From a virus (Duplodnaviria; Heunggongvirae; Uroviricota; Caudoviricetes), in the IMG/VR virus record IMGVR_UViG_646311924_000019: 47,189 bases of DNA; one strand, given 5' to 3'. The notes beneath the pieces are model-generated. The model saw nothing but the letters and a program-made list of their open reading frames with translations, was not told the origin of the DNA and did no database searches. Position numbers and translations under genes: made by a program. This document shows positions 9,813 to 20,520 of the stretch, in pieces (position 1 is the stretch's first letter; each line of letters starts with the position of its first letter).

Positions 9813-12421
9813 CGCCCGCTCCCCGATAACATACCGCCATCACGCAACTGCAGCCGGAGCTCATCCTGCGCCCCCTTGCGGGCCATGTCATACACCGCCT
9901 TCATCAGCTGCGGCCCCGCCTGTCCGTTGGTGCCGTCGTTCTGAATCACCACGTGATTGTTCTGATTAAAATTAATACCTTCCGCCCGCCGCATCTGCGC
10001 CGGACTTCCGGCACCACCCACATAACCACCTTCCGCATAGCCGCGCATCAGACGGTAAAGATTCCCCACACCTATCCGGCTGGTTGCCTCTTTCGTGAAA
10101 ACAAACTCCCCGCGGTGAACTATCCCCGCAGGCTCATATTTGCCGCCCGTCCCCGTAAATCCTCCGGTCGCGAAATGGAAGTTCGCCGCCGCAGCCTCAA
10201 TAGCCGTCCCCGAGGAAGCAGATGCACCACCACCGAAAGCACCGCCAATGGCGCTGCCGATACGCCCGACAATGCCCACCATGGCCTGTTTAAGCAGGAT
10301 TTCTGTCATCATGGACAGCACCGAACGGGTGAATCCCCGCCAGTCTGCCTCTGCACCGGTCAGCATCGCCGCCATATTCTGTGCAATACCGTCAAAGGTC
10401 TGCGTGGCCACGCTTTTAACCTGCGAAAAACTGTCCGTCGCACTTTCCGCCCACTCGCCCCAGCCGGACTTCAGCCCGGCCATCCAGCTTCCACGAAGCT
10501 GCTCCTCCGCAGACCAGGTGTTCTTCAGTGCCGATGTGGCCTTCGCCAGCGCAGCCGGATTATCACCGTACACGTCCCGAAGACGCTGCGCTTCAGACTC
10601 CCGCTGCGCCTGACGGTCAGTGAGACCGCGGGCTTTTGCGCTGATGGCGGCCTGCTTCGCGCTCTGCTGCTCTTCAAACCGCACCGCCTGCTGTGCCAGC
10701 TCATTCAGGCGTTTCTGGTATTCAACCTTGTCGCCCAGCTCAGCCAGCTGGCGTTTGTACTCCAGCGTCTCGTCTTTATGCGCCAGCAGGGATTTTTCCT
10801 GCTCAGATAACTGTCGTTTCGTGGCAGCCTCTTTCAGGACCGCATACTGACTTTCCGCCTTCCATAAATCACGGCGCTGCCGGCTGATTTTCTCATTCGC
10901 ACCGCTGTGTTTTTCCAGCGTCCTGAGCTCAGCTTCAAGGGCAAGCAGAGCCTCTCTTGCCTGCTCCTCTTCCCTCTCCCCGGCAGAGCGCGTTTTCGGT
11001 GATGTATGCTTTTTACCTGTCAGCTCTTCAGCCAGACGGCTGACGGCTTCCTGCTGCCCTGGACCTTTGCTGACGCCTGTTGCACGCGAGCGGTTGATGT
11101 ACCCTATTTCCCCCTGGCGTATACGCGCATCCCGTTCCGCAATGGATTTTCTCAGCGCCAGTTCATCGCGTTTTGTTTTCTCAATAAATACGCGGTTCTC
11201 TTCTGCCAGTTCACCAAACAACGCACCAACGCCGGGCACATTCTTTGTCGTTTCCCAGGCTGACTGAATAAATTCAGCCAGCGCCAGATCCCCCTGCACA
11301 AGCAGCAGCTTCACTTGTTCAACGGTTCCGGCCACCACGTCAGTGATCAGACTGAGTGCCCCCAGTGTATGATCACCTATCCATGCCCATGCGTCAGAAG
11401 TCCAGGTTTTAACATCGTCCCAGATTTTTTCCACCGGCGTGGCCGCTTTATCAAGTTGCTCCAGACGTGCATTCATGACATCCGCAAACAGGGACATCGC
11501 CTCCGTCACCGCAGCCTGTTTACCTTTCGTGCGCTCAAGCTCATCAATATGGCGTAACTGGGAAACGCTCAGGAAGTTATACTGCTGATTCAGGGAGGCC
11601 AGCGCCTTCACCGGATCTGCTGCAATCCCTTCAAAGGCTTTTTCCACCTTCCCGGCATCGTCCCCCACCGTCTGCAGCCATCTCTGAGAGGTTTCCCCCA
11701 TGATCCGTAGCTGCCCGGCGGTATATTTCCCGCTTTCTGCCAGACGGGCCAGATTTTCTGCCGCCTGTCTGATACCACCACCGGCTTCATCGCTGATCAC
11801 CCCGGCCATTTTCCACAATTCTGCCGTTGTGGTGGCAGCCGCCCCTCCGGTCAGGATCAGTGAACGCAATAAGGCCCGATCAGCCTGCTCTGCCTGCCAG
11901 GCGGCGGCAGCAAGCGCGGCCAGTACGGCAACCCCGCCACCTGCCGCCACACGGGCCACCGACATAAATCGTCCCAGCTCACCGGCATTCCGGGCATTTT
12001 CAGCCAGTGCATTTGCCGTATCTGACAGCGACTCCTCTGATGATTCAGAGGCATCCCTGATCCCGAGAAGTTCCTCCTTCAGCAGGGTAAGCAGGCTGAG
12101 CGGTCCACCGAATGAATCGCTGATCTGCCCCCCCTGCTGCAGCATGATAAGGAAGGGATTCTGACCACCGGCAAGCTGAGTGACAATATCCGTGAACTGT
12201 GCGGGCAGTGTGCGCATGGCAGCCTTATACTGTCCGACTGATATCCCGGCTTTTTGTGCCGCCAGCGCCTGTCGGCTCAGCCCCTGTTCAACAGTACTGG
12301 CGGTTTTTCTGGCATCCGCCTCCAGACTGGAAAAATGACGGCGTACCCGGGCCATCTGTTCATCAAACCGGGCCGCATCCAGACTCAAATCAATAACCAG
12401 ATCACCCGCTGGCTGGGACAT
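9809..12421 (-). CDS. H: Tail tape measure protein H
   Basis: 870-aa ORF, N- and C-terminal thirds collinear with lambda gpH. Confidence 0.9.
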   Translation of the reverse strand: MSQPAGDLVIDLSLDAARFDEQMARVRRHFSSLEADARKTASTVEQGLSRQALAAQKAGISVGQYKAAMRTLPAQFTDIVTQLAGGQNPFLIMLQQGGQISDSFGGPLSLLTLLKEELLGIRDASESSEESLSDTANALAENARNAGELGRFMSVARVAAGGGVAVLAALAAAAWQAEQADRALLRSLILTGGAAATTTAELWKMAGVISDEAGGGIRQAAENLARLAESGKYTAGQLRIMGETSQRWLQTVGDDAGKVEKAFEGIAADPVKALASLNQQYNFLSVSQLRHIDELERTKGKQAAVTEAMSLFADVMNARLEQLDKAATPVEKIWDDVKTWTSDAWAWIGDHTLGALSLITDVVAGTVEQVKLLLVQGDLALAEFIQSAWETTKNVPGVGALFGELAEENRVFIEKTKRDELALRKSIAERDARIRQGEIGYINRSRATGVSKGPGQQEAVSRLAEELTGKKHTSPKTRSAGEREEEQAREALLALEAELRTLEKHSGANEKISRQRRDLWKAESQYAVLKEAATKRQLSEQEKSLLAHKDETLEYKRQLAELGDKVEYQKRLNELAQQAVRFEEQQSAKQAAISAKARGLTDRQAQRESEAQRLRDVYGDNPAALAKATSALKNTWSAEEQLRGSWMAGLKSGWGEWAESATDSFSQVKSVATQTFDGIAQNMAAMLTGAEADWRGFTRSVLSMMTEILLKQAMVGIVGRIGSAIGGAFGGGASASSGTAIEAAAANFHFATGGFTGTGGKYEPAGIVHRGEFVFTKEATSRIGVGNLYRLMRGYAEGGYVGGAGSPAQMRRAEGINFNQNNHVVIQNDGTNGQAGPQLMKAVYDMARKGAQDELRLQLRDGGMLSGSGR

Positions 12422-13264
12422 ATCTCACACCTCCGGAAATCCCCGCTGAAGCCATCATTAATGCAACATCATCCTCGCTGACATCCACCACATCCGCAGA
12501 AGGTGAAATATCGCGCCCTCCGTCCCCTCCGAACCGGACGCCTCCGGCAACTCCTGTCGCTTTCTGCATCAGCATTTCTTCCTCGTCCGGCATCTCCGTC
12601 TGCTCTTCCTCACACGCTGGAGCAAGCAGACTGAAATCCGCCGGATGCATATCCGGATCGCCAAAAAACAGGCTGAGTACGGCGTACATCAGCCCGGAAA
12701 AATGAGCGTCCAGTTGGGTATCCTGAAAATAATGCGTGCAGTAAAAACGTCGCCAGTCGGCATATTCGGTGGATGTCATCCCGGCAAGCATGGCGCGCCA
12801 GTCGGGTCTCCCCATCTCTCGCGCCAGTTTCAGGACAAAGTTCAGCTCGCCTTCGAATGCTTTTTTGATGTTACCGGCTCAGTCGCTTCTGCTTTCCCGG
12901 TTTGTTCAGGATCGGCATCGTGCCGGTTATCCAGCATACCTGAAAGATAAAGCACCCGGTTCGTTGCCTGATTCAGTGCATCAGCAGGCCATCCCAGCAT
13001 CACTTCACGGCGGATCTGCTGCATCTCTGTCTCCGGAGAGGCCAGAGTGCCTTTGAGGGAATGGGAATGCCATAGCGACATCGCCACAAGCAGGGATGCC
13101 GTTTCCAGATATCGCTGGTTAATGTGCACGACATCATGCTTCGTTGTCTCCTGTTGTTCTGCGTCTGAAACAAACTTTATATAATCAAACCGCTGCAGCG
13201 CAGACAATTCGGAAAGCGTGACGGACACACCGTTATATTCAAATTGTTCTGTTTTCAGAAACAT
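12402..13264 (-). CDS. Tail assembly chaperone G-T fusion made by programmed -1 frameshift
   Basis: T reading frame is in the -1 frame relative to G and opens after a stop at about 12879-12881; an in-frame A_AAA_AAG heptamer lies at about 12860-12866, five codons before the G stop. Confidence 0.7.
12842..13264 (-). CDS. G: Tail assembly chaperone G
   Basis: 140-aa ORF matching lambda gpG (MFLKTEQFE...). Confidence 0.85.
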   Translation of the reverse strand: MFLKTEQFEYNGVSVTLSELSALQRFDYIKFVSDAEQQETTKHDVVHINQRYLETASLLVAMSLWHSHSLKGTLASPETEMQQIRREVMLGWPADALNQATNRVLYLSGMLDNRHDADPEQTGKAEATEPVTSKKHSKAS

Positions 13265-13277
13265 GTATTACCTCCGT

Positions 13278-14030
13278 TTACCCTGCAGCGCCCGCTTCAG
13301 TAACGGTGACTTCAGCCACTGCGGCGAACTGACCATTTCCGCTCACCACAGGGATCTGCACCTTACCTGTCGCCACGCCGTTTACCGTAATTGTCATATC
13401 TTTCACACTAATGGTGGCTTTCGACGGATCGGCGGAAACCGCTCTGAACGTCTTGTCGGTTGCACTTTCCGGCTCAAAAGAAACCGTCAGGGTGGTTGTT
13501 TTCCCTTTTGCCACCGTACCGGATGTCGGCGTCACCTTAATCGCAGTGACCGGCGTAATTTTGCTGCGTTCTTCCGCTACAGAAGGTTTGCCCACGTTGG
13601 TCACTTTCACCGTGCGGGTGATCACTTCTTTCGCCGTCACGGCCTTACCGATACTGCTGACCCAGCCACGGAACACATCCACCGTGCCATTTGGGAAACG
13701 GATTTTATAGGCCCGCACATCCCCGCTTTCAAACCAGCCTATAAGCCCTTTCTGACCTTCTTCTCCCGGTTTCCAGGCCAGCGTAAAACTGGTATCTCCT
13801 GCAGACTTCTGCCCCTGCCCGGTCGCGGTCCAGTCCGCGTCTTCATCATCCAGGTAGTTATCATCGTAGGGTTCTGCCGTCATCTCGCCCGGCGTCAGAT
13901 CCTTCACCTTAGCCAGTCGCTGCCAGTCATCGTCTGACAACGGGTTTGCATAAGCATCACCCTTGCCGTTGTAAACCCACAGAGTGGTACCGGCACCTTT
14001 TACCGGCTCAAGGGGATTTGGTGTTGCCAT
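13278..14030 (-). CDS. V: Major tail protein V with C-terminal Ig-like domain
   Basis: 250-aa ORF matching lambda gpV. Confidence 0.9.
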   Translation of the reverse strand: MATPNPLEPVKGAGTTLWVYNGKGDAYANPLSDDDWQRLAKVKDLTPGEMTAEPYDDNYLDDEDADWTATGQGQKSAGDTSFTLAWKPGEEGQKGLIGWFESGDVRAYKIRFPNGTVDVFRGWVSSIGKAVTAKEVITRTVKVTNVGKPSVAEERSKITPVTAIKVTPTSGTVAKGKTTTLTVSFEPESATDKTFRAVSADPSKATISVKDMTITVNGVATGKVQIPVVSGNGQFAAVAEVTVTEAGAAG

Positions 14031-14037
14031 ATCGTCC

Positions 14038-14433
14038 TCACATCTCGTATGTAATGGAATAAGTCAGATCTGCAGAACTCCATAACGCCATATCGTCATC
14101 ACGACGATACTCATAGCCCTGCGTAACCATCGTGGTAATCAGTCCTGCCAGTGCCGGGATCGCGGTCATCGCCGGGTAAATCCGGCTTTCCATCCACTGA
14201 TCAAGCTCTGAATCCGGTACCTGTGCCGGTAAAAACACCTCAATATGCAGCGTGGCCCGCCAGGTATCTGCATCCAGCTCTTCACCGGTATACTCTGCAT
14301 CCGTCAGATAAACCGCGATCGCAGGAAAATCCTCTTCGTCAAAAACAACGGGGCGACCATCAAACAGCGTCGCCCCGTGTTCATGCTGCTCGAGTGCATC
14401 CAGCACTGCGGCACGAATGTCAGTGTGTTTCAT
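14038..14433 (-). CDS. U: Tail terminator protein U
   Basis: 131-aa ORF matching lambda gpU. Confidence 0.85.
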   Translation of the reverse strand: MKHTDIRAAVLDALEQHEHGATLFDGRPVVFDEEDFPAIAVYLTDAEYTGEELDADTWRATLHIEVFLPAQVPDSELDQWMESRIYPAMTAIPALAGLITTMVTQGYEYRRDDDMALWSSADLTYSITYEM

Positions 14434-14963
14434 CGTTTTATTGCAATCCTCAGTTGTTGTTTCAGCGCGTATGCCAGTTCTTTAGGCAGGCGTTCACGCC
14501 GGATACGGTCAACATTCTCATCAAATGCCTGTTTCAGTGGGGCCGCCATCGGGATTTTCACCACATCAATGGGGTAACGGTTTTTCCCGGCCACACGCTG
14601 CATGACATGCCAGCGACCATTTTTTAATCGCTGAATAAATGCCCGCTGATACCGATGCTGACCGGCTTTAAGTATGCTGTTCGGGCGACGCCCCAGCATC
14701 CTGATCCCCAGCTTAATCACAGGGAGATCACCGCGGTTAACGATAATTCTGGCATTCGGATTTCTGACCGTCGCCCGTTTCAGTCTGGACCGTTCCTTAA
14801 CCAGTTTCCGGCGAACCTTTGTCTCCCGGGCAACCTGTGATGAAGACTGATTAATCGCCGTTGTGGCCACGCGGTTAATGGCCATTGCTGAAGCCGCCGG
14901 AATGGCGTTTTTACGAACCCGGCTCAGATTGTCAATCGCCTGATCAAGCCCTTTTATCGCCAT
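14430..14963 (-). CDS. Z: Tail completion protein Z
   Basis: 177-aa ORF in the gpZ position; family resemblance only. Confidence 0.75.
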   Translation of the reverse strand: MAIKGLDQAIDNLSRVRKNAIPAASAMAINRVATTAINQSSSQVARETKVRRKLVKERSRLKRATVRNPNARIIVNRGDLPVIKLGIRMLGRRPNSILKAGQHRYQRAFIQRLKNGRWHVMQRVAGKNRYPIDVVKIPMAAPLKQAFDENVDRIRRERLPKELAYALKQQLRIAIKR

Positions 14964-14978
14964 AATTTCACCCTGCGT

Positions 14979-15332
14979 TTATCGTCGCCGGTTAACTGCG
15001 GGTGGTTGACCACGGTTGAGCCAGAGATAACAGCTGCCCCCGTCATCCGGAGAAACACGATCCACCCAGAATATCTCACCATTAATGGTCAGCGTGTCAC
15101 CACGCCGCACGGCACGAACCGTATCCGTCCGCACAAATAATGACGGGCTGCTTCCTTCAATACGGACCCCGCCACCGGCAAACCCCAGCGACTCCGGATC
15201 GTCAAAAACCCCCTGAACTTCGCTGCCACACTGTGCCCCCGAGGTGAACTGCGCACAGAGCCCCATCACTTCAACGATCGTACTGTCTACCCCGGCGAGG
15301 GCAGCATCAAAGGCATTCTGAAAATCACGCAT
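14979..15332 (-). CDS. FII: Head-tail joining protein FII
   Basis: 117-aa ORF matching lambda gpFII. Confidence 0.85.
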   Translation of the reverse strand: MRDFQNAFDAALAGVDSTIVEVMGLCAQFTSGAQCGSEVQGVFDDPESLGFAGGGVRIEGSSPSLFVRTDTVRAVRRGDTLTINGEIFWVDRVSPDDGGSCYLWLNRGQPPAVNRRR

Positions 15333-15708
15333 ATTCAGCCGTTCCGTGCTGTATCATGGCCGTTGCCAGTGATGATGGCACCAGAACACGCATACCCCGT
15401 AACGCCAGCTCAACGGGACGACCTGTCTCCGGGCAATACCCCATTACTTGCAGGCACTTCCGTACCCGGACGGCTTTAACATCATCCGGAGCATCCGTGT
15501 TGTTCAACTGCTCACCATCGTCTGTGTGATTTTGATCAGCCCCGCTCTCATCAGAGTGCATAATGCCCTCCGGGGAAACAGCAAGCTCCTCTTCCCACTC
15601 AGACACACGTTGAGCAATATCCGCAGCACTCCCCGACATATCCGCCTCGCGCCCCAGCAGGCCAGCCAGTTGACGAAGACGATTCAGATTTTCTTCTTTT
15701 GTTGCCAT
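15325..15708 (-). CDS. DNA packaging protein FI-like
   Basis: Positional equivalent of lambda FI between E and FII; ATG at 15708 with AGGAGG Shine-Dalgarno chosen over the upstream GTG of the track; no sequence similarity to lambda FI recognised. Confidence 0.5.
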   Translation of the reverse strand: MATKEENLNRLRQLAGLLGREADMSGSAADIAQRVSEWEEELAVSPEGIMHSDESGADQNHTDDGEQLNNTDAPDDVKAVRVRKCLQVMGYCPETGRPVELALRGMRVLVPSSLATAMIQHGTAEYA

Positions 15709-15721
15709 CTCAGCCTCCTGT

Positions 15722-15751
15722 GAAAAAAGACACGGGGGCATTTCGCCCCCG
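15722..15751 (-). terminator. Hairpin with T-run between E and the FI-like gene (possible attenuator)
   Basis: Stem cgggggc/gcccccg with a T-run on the minus strand. Confidence 0.35.
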
Positions 15752-15759
15752 CTCACGGA

Positions 15760-16788
15760 TTATTTCACCTGTACCACCACAAACTCATCCGGATCCGGCA
15801 GCACCATCAGCGGAGCGGACTGCGTCATGGTGAATTCACAGGACGGATCGCCCACGGTCAGCCAGTGTTTCGGGTAACGGGAAGAAGCCACCACTCCTTC
15901 AGACAACGCCTGTGCATCCTTAATGGCACCATAGCAACGAATCCCCTCTGCCGCCGTATTCCCCAGCACCAGCATGCCCTCCGGCAGATAACGTTTTTCG
16001 GTACCGTCCTCTGCCACATAAGACGTTTTCGCCACCACAATGGCCAGATCGCCGTAATACCCCTTGAAGGACACCACTGCGCCCAGATCTTTCACTGCCG
16101 TTTCGAGTTGTGAATTTGAGCCGCGACGGGTATCCAGTTTTTCGCGGAACAGCTTAAAGCCATTCAGCAGACGCCAGACCGTACCGTCCATAATGGCGAT
16201 ATTCACAAGGCCGCTGGCCTGATCGCAGTAGAGGTCAATATCATGCGTCGGATCAAACGTATCACGGTCCTGCTCAGACCATTTTTTACCGTCAGCCTGC
16301 TCAATGTTATTTCCTTCAGAGCGCCCGAAATCCACCTCGACAGTATCAAACTGATCCCCTTCCATGGTGTATTTGCCATACAGCACGGCATTCACCGCCT
16401 GCATTTCTTCCACCTGGACAATGGCGTGCTCTTCCTGTTTGAGGTTATCGGTAATGATACGCAGACGACGGTAGGCCGGGTCGTTCAGCTGAGCCGGATC
16501 TTCACCAGGAAGGCGCTCAACCGCCTGCTGGTAATTAAATTCGTGTTTCGGCTTGACGTAGCCCGGACGCAACACGCGGGTTTCACCACCACGATGGCGC
16601 AGCACTTTTCCTTCAACGATCGGGGAGACATAGGCCGCCACCGGCGTTTTTCCGGTAATTTTGTCCAGCATCACCTCTTCGGTGTGGAAATTCACCGTAC
16701 GGCGGAAAAACAGCTCCAGAAACAGCGCACGAAATTTCACTTTTTGTTCGGTATAACCGAGTAACTGGCGGGTCGTAAACAATCCCAT
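15760..16788 (-). CDS. E: Major capsid protein E
   Basis: 342-aa ORF matching lambda gpE. Confidence 0.9.
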   Translation of the reverse strand: MGLFTTRQLLGYTEQKVKFRALFLELFFRRTVNFHTEEVMLDKITGKTPVAAYVSPIVEGKVLRHRGGETRVLRPGYVKPKHEFNYQQAVERLPGEDPAQLNDPAYRRLRIITDNLKQEEHAIVQVEEMQAVNAVLYGKYTMEGDQFDTVEVDFGRSEGNNIEQADGKKWSEQDRDTFDPTHDIDLYCDQASGLVNIAIMDGTVWRLLNGFKLFREKLDTRRGSNSQLETAVKDLGAVVSFKGYYGDLAIVVAKTSYVAEDGTEKRYLPEGMLVLGNTAAEGIRCYGAIKDAQALSEGVVASSRYPKHWLTVGDPSCEFTMTQSAPLMVLPDPDEFVVVQVK

Positions 16789-16845
16789 AAATCAGTTCCT
16801 TTCATTCAGAAATCAGTCAGGCCACCATGGTGGCCTGATAACGTG

Positions 16846-17193
16846 TTACGGCAGAGCCGCGTGACTCAGGGCTGTGCCGGCAAAGGCATTTGCCTTTTTG
16901 TGTTCATCCACACTGTCAGGCCAGCGGATTGCCTCCGTCGCAAAGGTCCCCGACTTGTAATAGGTCAGCACCGTCTCTGTGCCTTCAAGCGGCAGTACCA
17001 GTATGCCAACCGCACTACCGGCTTTCTGTCCATCCCAGACCACCAGTTTCCCGGTGGCTTCATCCAGCATCAGGGGCGTCAGAGCCGGTGTTGCAGAAGA
17101 AATCCCGCTGCTGCCTGTGGCGGTATGAGCCGGATCATTACCAGCAAAAATACGTACTTCCGCACGCTGTTCAGTGATGGTTTTCGTCACCAT
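16846..17193 (-). CDS. D: Head decoration protein D
   Basis: 115-aa ORF matching lambda gpD. Confidence 0.85.
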   Translation of the reverse strand: MVTKTITEQRAEVRIFAGNDPAHTATGSSGISSATPALTPLMLDEATGKLVVWDGQKAGSAVGILVLPLEGTETVLTYYKSGTFATEAIRWPDSVDEHKKANAFAGTALSHAALP

Positions 17194-17229
17194 TTTGTTA
17201 AAACCTCATATTGATGGTCAGCACTGACT

Positions 17230-18735
17230 TCATGGCATGGCCATGAGCATTTTCACGTCCGCATCACCGTCTGCTGACGTCTGTGACACGCCACCCCGCA
17301 CCGCTGCCGGTGAATGATTCGCCATGAAATGTTCAAACAGGGCGGTTGTGGATGCAGAGACCGGTTCGGCCTTACCTGATCCCGCAGCCAGCACAGCCCG
17401 GGCGTTCTCCACGGTCATTCCCGGGCAGGCCGCCAGTTTTTCAGCCTGCGCTTCTGCCCCTTTTGCCTCATCCAGGGCCATGATCTGATCACGAAGTGAG
17501 GGCCCGGCATTCGCCTGCGGTGAGGCAGCCAGGATCGGGCGGGCTTTTTCCACCGTCATCTCCGGCATCGCCGCCAGCGTTGCCGCCAGTTGTTCACGAC
17601 CTTTCGCTTCTTCACACGCCATAATGCGATCGGCTTCACTCTGCGCGGATGCCACCGGCTGCTGCGGTGCCGCCGCGGCCAGAATAGCCCGGGCCTGTTC
17701 AATGCTCATGCCCTGTTGTCCTGCCAGCATCGTGGCAAGCTGTTCACGTCCTTTCGCTTCCTGACACGTCAGGATCCCCATCACTCGCTGGTTCTCCTGC
17801 GCGGCAGCTTCCGTTGCAGTTAATTGCGGCATAGTGCCTCCTGTATCATGAGTGTTCAGCGCCGCAGCCATCACGCTGATGGCATCCGACGCATTGATTA
17901 ATTCATCCGCCAGTCCGGCCTTAATAGCGGACTGACCTTCAAAAACGGCAGCCTCTGTCCCCGTGACAGCTTCCACAGACAGCCCCGTATACATCGCCAC
18001 TTTTTCGGCAAACATCCGGTGCGCCGCATCAACCCGCTGCTGCATGTCCTGACGCACCTCTGCCGGTAAGGCTTCAAACTGATTGCCATCCACCTTGTGC
18101 GCCCCGGCATAAATCAGCGTGATATCCACCCCGGCCTGCGCCAGATGACCGGCATAGCTGACATGGCTCATCATCACGCCAATGGAGCCGATACGGGATG
18201 TCTGGGTAACCAGCCGTCGGGAGCAGGCCGACGCCAGCAGCATGGCTGCAGAACAGGCCGTGTCATTGCACAGTGCCCAGACCGGCTTCTGCTGACGGAG
18301 GCGGTAAATCATGTCAGCGCAGTCAAACGCGCCGGCGGCCTGCCCGCCCGGACTGTCAATGTCCAGCAGTACGCCCCGCACCTGGCTATCTGCCATTGCC
18401 TGCTGAAGACAGGCGACAATGCCGTCATAGCCTGTCATTCCGGAAAATGGCCGCATACCGCCCAGCCGGTGCACCAGCGTGCCGGTCACCGGCAGTACAG
18501 CAATACCGTTCACCACCCGGTAAACACGGGCCGGTCGTTTACCTCCGGCCATGTACTCGTCCGTTTCAGCCAGCATTCCGGGAGCATCAAGCTGTACCTG
18601 TTGTTGTGGTACCGAAAGACTTGCTGCCCCCATCTCGCGCCCGAGCGCGCAAAAGAAAACCCGCGCATAGGCGGGCTCCAGAAGCAGCGGTTCATTGAAT
18701 GCTGCGGCAATAATGTGTGAAAGATTACGTCTCAC
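17230..18735 (-). CDS. C: Head maturation protease C (S49 family) with nested scaffold Nu3
   Basis: 501-aa ORF with GTG start, N-terminal protease part matches lambda gpC; C-terminal part carries three tandem copies of a roughly 45-aa repeat. Confidence 0.85.
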   Translation of the reverse strand: MRRNLSHIIAAAFNEPLLLEPAYARVFFCALGREMGAASLSVPQQQVQLDAPGMLAETDEYMAGGKRPARVYRVVNGIAVLPVTGTLVHRLGGMRPFSGMTGYDGIVACLQQAMADSQVRGVLLDIDSPGGQAAGAFDCADMIYRLRQQKPVWALCNDTACSAAMLLASACSRRLVTQTSRIGSIGVMMSHVSYAGHLAQAGVDITLIYAGAHKVDGNQFEALPAEVRQDMQQRVDAAHRMFAEKVAMYTGLSVEAVTGTEAAVFEGQSAIKAGLADELINASDAISVMAAALNTHDTGGTMPQLTATEAAAQENQRVMGILTCQEAKGREQLATMLAGQQGMSIEQARAILAAAAPQQPVASAQSEADRIMACEEAKGREQLAATLAAMPEMTVEKARPILAASPQANAGPSLRDQIMALDEAKGAEAQAEKLAACPGMTVENARAVLAAGSGKAEPVSASTTALFEHFMANHSPAAVRGGVSQTSADGDADVKMLMAMP

Positions 18736-20317
18736 GTGGTGTTGTCTCCTCTTCCGGCCTGCGACTCTCCGCTATCTGCTGCTGATACGCCTGCGCTATC
18801 CACACCGGGCGTGAGAGTCCGGCTTTTTCCCGCTCTGCAGATTCCCTGACCTGCTGGCGGAAAATGTCCTGATAATCCTCGCCCATCAGCGCCAGCTCTT
18901 TCTCATACGTGCTCAGTCCGGCCTCAATGCGCATCACTGATTCCTGGACTTCCTTGAGCCCGTCAATGGCCATTCTTCCGGCACCAATCCACTCTGCCCG
19001 TGACCAGGCTGATCGCGCCTGATAAAAATCAAAACGTGCCCGTGGCGGACGAATAATCCCCCGAAGAAGTGCCTCTTCCAGCCAGCAGGAAAACATCTGC
19101 GTGGCCAGTCGGGCCGCAATAAATTTTCGCCGCCCCATAAAATAGCGCCACGACTCATTGGCGGAGGCGCGGGCACTTGAGTAACTGACCTTCGAGTAAT
19201 CACGGGACAACTGTTCGTAGGAAACGCCAAGACCGGCGGCGATATACCGCAGCAGCGCCTGTTCAAGCGCCGAAAATCCATTGTCTGAATCCTGCGCTGT
19301 CTGCAGTTTCAGATCATCACCAGGGAAAAGGTGCGGAATTTTGACACCGCCCAGCGTCACGTGATTCGTGTCATACCAGCTGGAGAACTTCTCCAGAATA
19401 TTAATAAGCGGATTATCCTTCTGCTCCTGTGGCGCGCCGGCGATATATTCAAAGGCCTTTTCGGTATCAAGTTCACTTTCAATCGTCGCTGCATACATCG
19501 CCTTCACTATGGCCGACTGAAGCTGTGTTGCCTGCAGGGAATCGAGCATCTTCAGCCGTTCCATGACGCTGTAAAACTGATTAGCCCCACGGGTCTGCCC
19601 GTCCTCCACCGGCTCGAAAATATGCAGCATAGCCGGACGCCCGGTGGGAAGTTCACGCGGGATCCGTTCCCATCGTCCACTACCAGAGAACGGAAAATCA
19701 TCCTCACAAATATGGTACGCGACGGCACGGCCATATCGATCGACCTCCACACCGGCCCGCAGAAAACGGTTCCCCATACCGTGTCCAGGCGTGTCCACCC
19801 GTTTCGGACTCACGGCTTTAAAACGCGTACGGAATAACTGCGTGGTTTCCGTATCCCAGACCGGCTGCACAAAGATTTCGCCGTTAAACGCATGAACGCC
19901 CACACCTTCACGGATAAATTCCGTGAACGTGCGTTTTCCTTCCACGTCGATCTCGCCAGACATCCCTTCGGCGTATTCCGACCAGGCCGCCTCCACCTCA
20001 TCGACAAAGCTTTTTGCTGCGGTCTCCCGCATCCCCAGCCAGCGCCAGTTCGGACGGTAGCTGATCAGAAACATATGCCCGACAATGTGATCCTTATGCA
20101 GAGCCACCGCATTAGCCGCTATTCCGTTATTGCGCACCAGATCATCTGCCCGGGCATTCCCCAGACGCAACGCGGGTAGCAGGGCCGCATCGGCACTCTG
20201 CGCCGGTGGCAACCACTCCGCCATTTGCCCGCCAAATCCTGCACCGCCCCCGTTGTAGCTGAGACTCTCACGAAGCGGAACGCCGTTCACATCAATCAGG
20301 ACAGGCGTTCGTTTCAT
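18725..20317 (-). CDS. B: Portal protein B
   Basis: 530-aa ORF matching lambda gpB. Confidence 0.9.
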   Translation of the reverse strand: MKRTPVLIDVNGVPLRESLSYNGGGAGFGGQMAEWLPPAQSADAALLPALRLGNARADDLVRNNGIAANAVALHKDHIVGHMFLISYRPNWRWLGMRETAAKSFVDEVEAAWSEYAEGMSGEIDVEGKRTFTEFIREGVGVHAFNGEIFVQPVWDTETTQLFRTRFKAVSPKRVDTPGHGMGNRFLRAGVEVDRYGRAVAYHICEDDFPFSGSGRWERIPRELPTGRPAMLHIFEPVEDGQTRGANQFYSVMERLKMLDSLQATQLQSAIVKAMYAATIESELDTEKAFEYIAGAPQEQKDNPLINILEKFSSWYDTNHVTLGGVKIPHLFPGDDLKLQTAQDSDNGFSALEQALLRYIAAGLGVSYEQLSRDYSKVSYSSARASANESWRYFMGRRKFIAARLATQMFSCWLEEALLRGIIRPPRARFDFYQARSAWSRAEWIGAGRMAIDGLKEVQESVMRIEAGLSTYEKELALMGEDYQDIFRQQVRESAEREKAGLSRPVWIAQAYQQQIAESRRPEEETTPRET

Positions 20318-20520
20318 AACCTCACTCCCAGCGGACGACGGCGACGCCGGGTTGTCCCCAGTACCGACTCCGCATCATTGATCGCCCGGTTAAGCTCATC
20401 CAGAGAAGCCGCCGTATATTCAATTCTGCGACCATCTTTCTGGACAGACACCACCCGTTTACCGGTTAATAAATCAAGGCGCGCCTGACGCAGCGCCTGC
20501 AGTTCAGCGACTGTAACCAT
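20314..20520 (-). CDS. W: Head-tail joining protein W
   Basis: 68-aa ORF matching lambda gpW. Confidence 0.85.
   Translation of the reverse strand: MVTVAELQALRQARLDLLTGKRVVSVQKDGRRIEYTAASLDELNRAINDAESVLGTTRRRRRPLGVRL

Noticed and set aside
9953-12164. Plus-strand ORFs within the tape measure gene region
   Set aside because: Antisense to gene H; low-complexity Arg/Ala-rich products typical of GC-rich antisense frames.
12892-12898. GGGAAAG heptamer near the end of G, first taken as the G-T slippery site
   Set aside because: It is not in the X_XXY_YYZ register of the G frame and the T frame has a stop just downstream of it; the in-frame A_AAA_AAG at about 12860-12866 is the usable site.
18097-18720. 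Plus-strand ORFs 18097-18720 and 18273-18698
   Set aside because: Antisense to the C protease gene; no start context.
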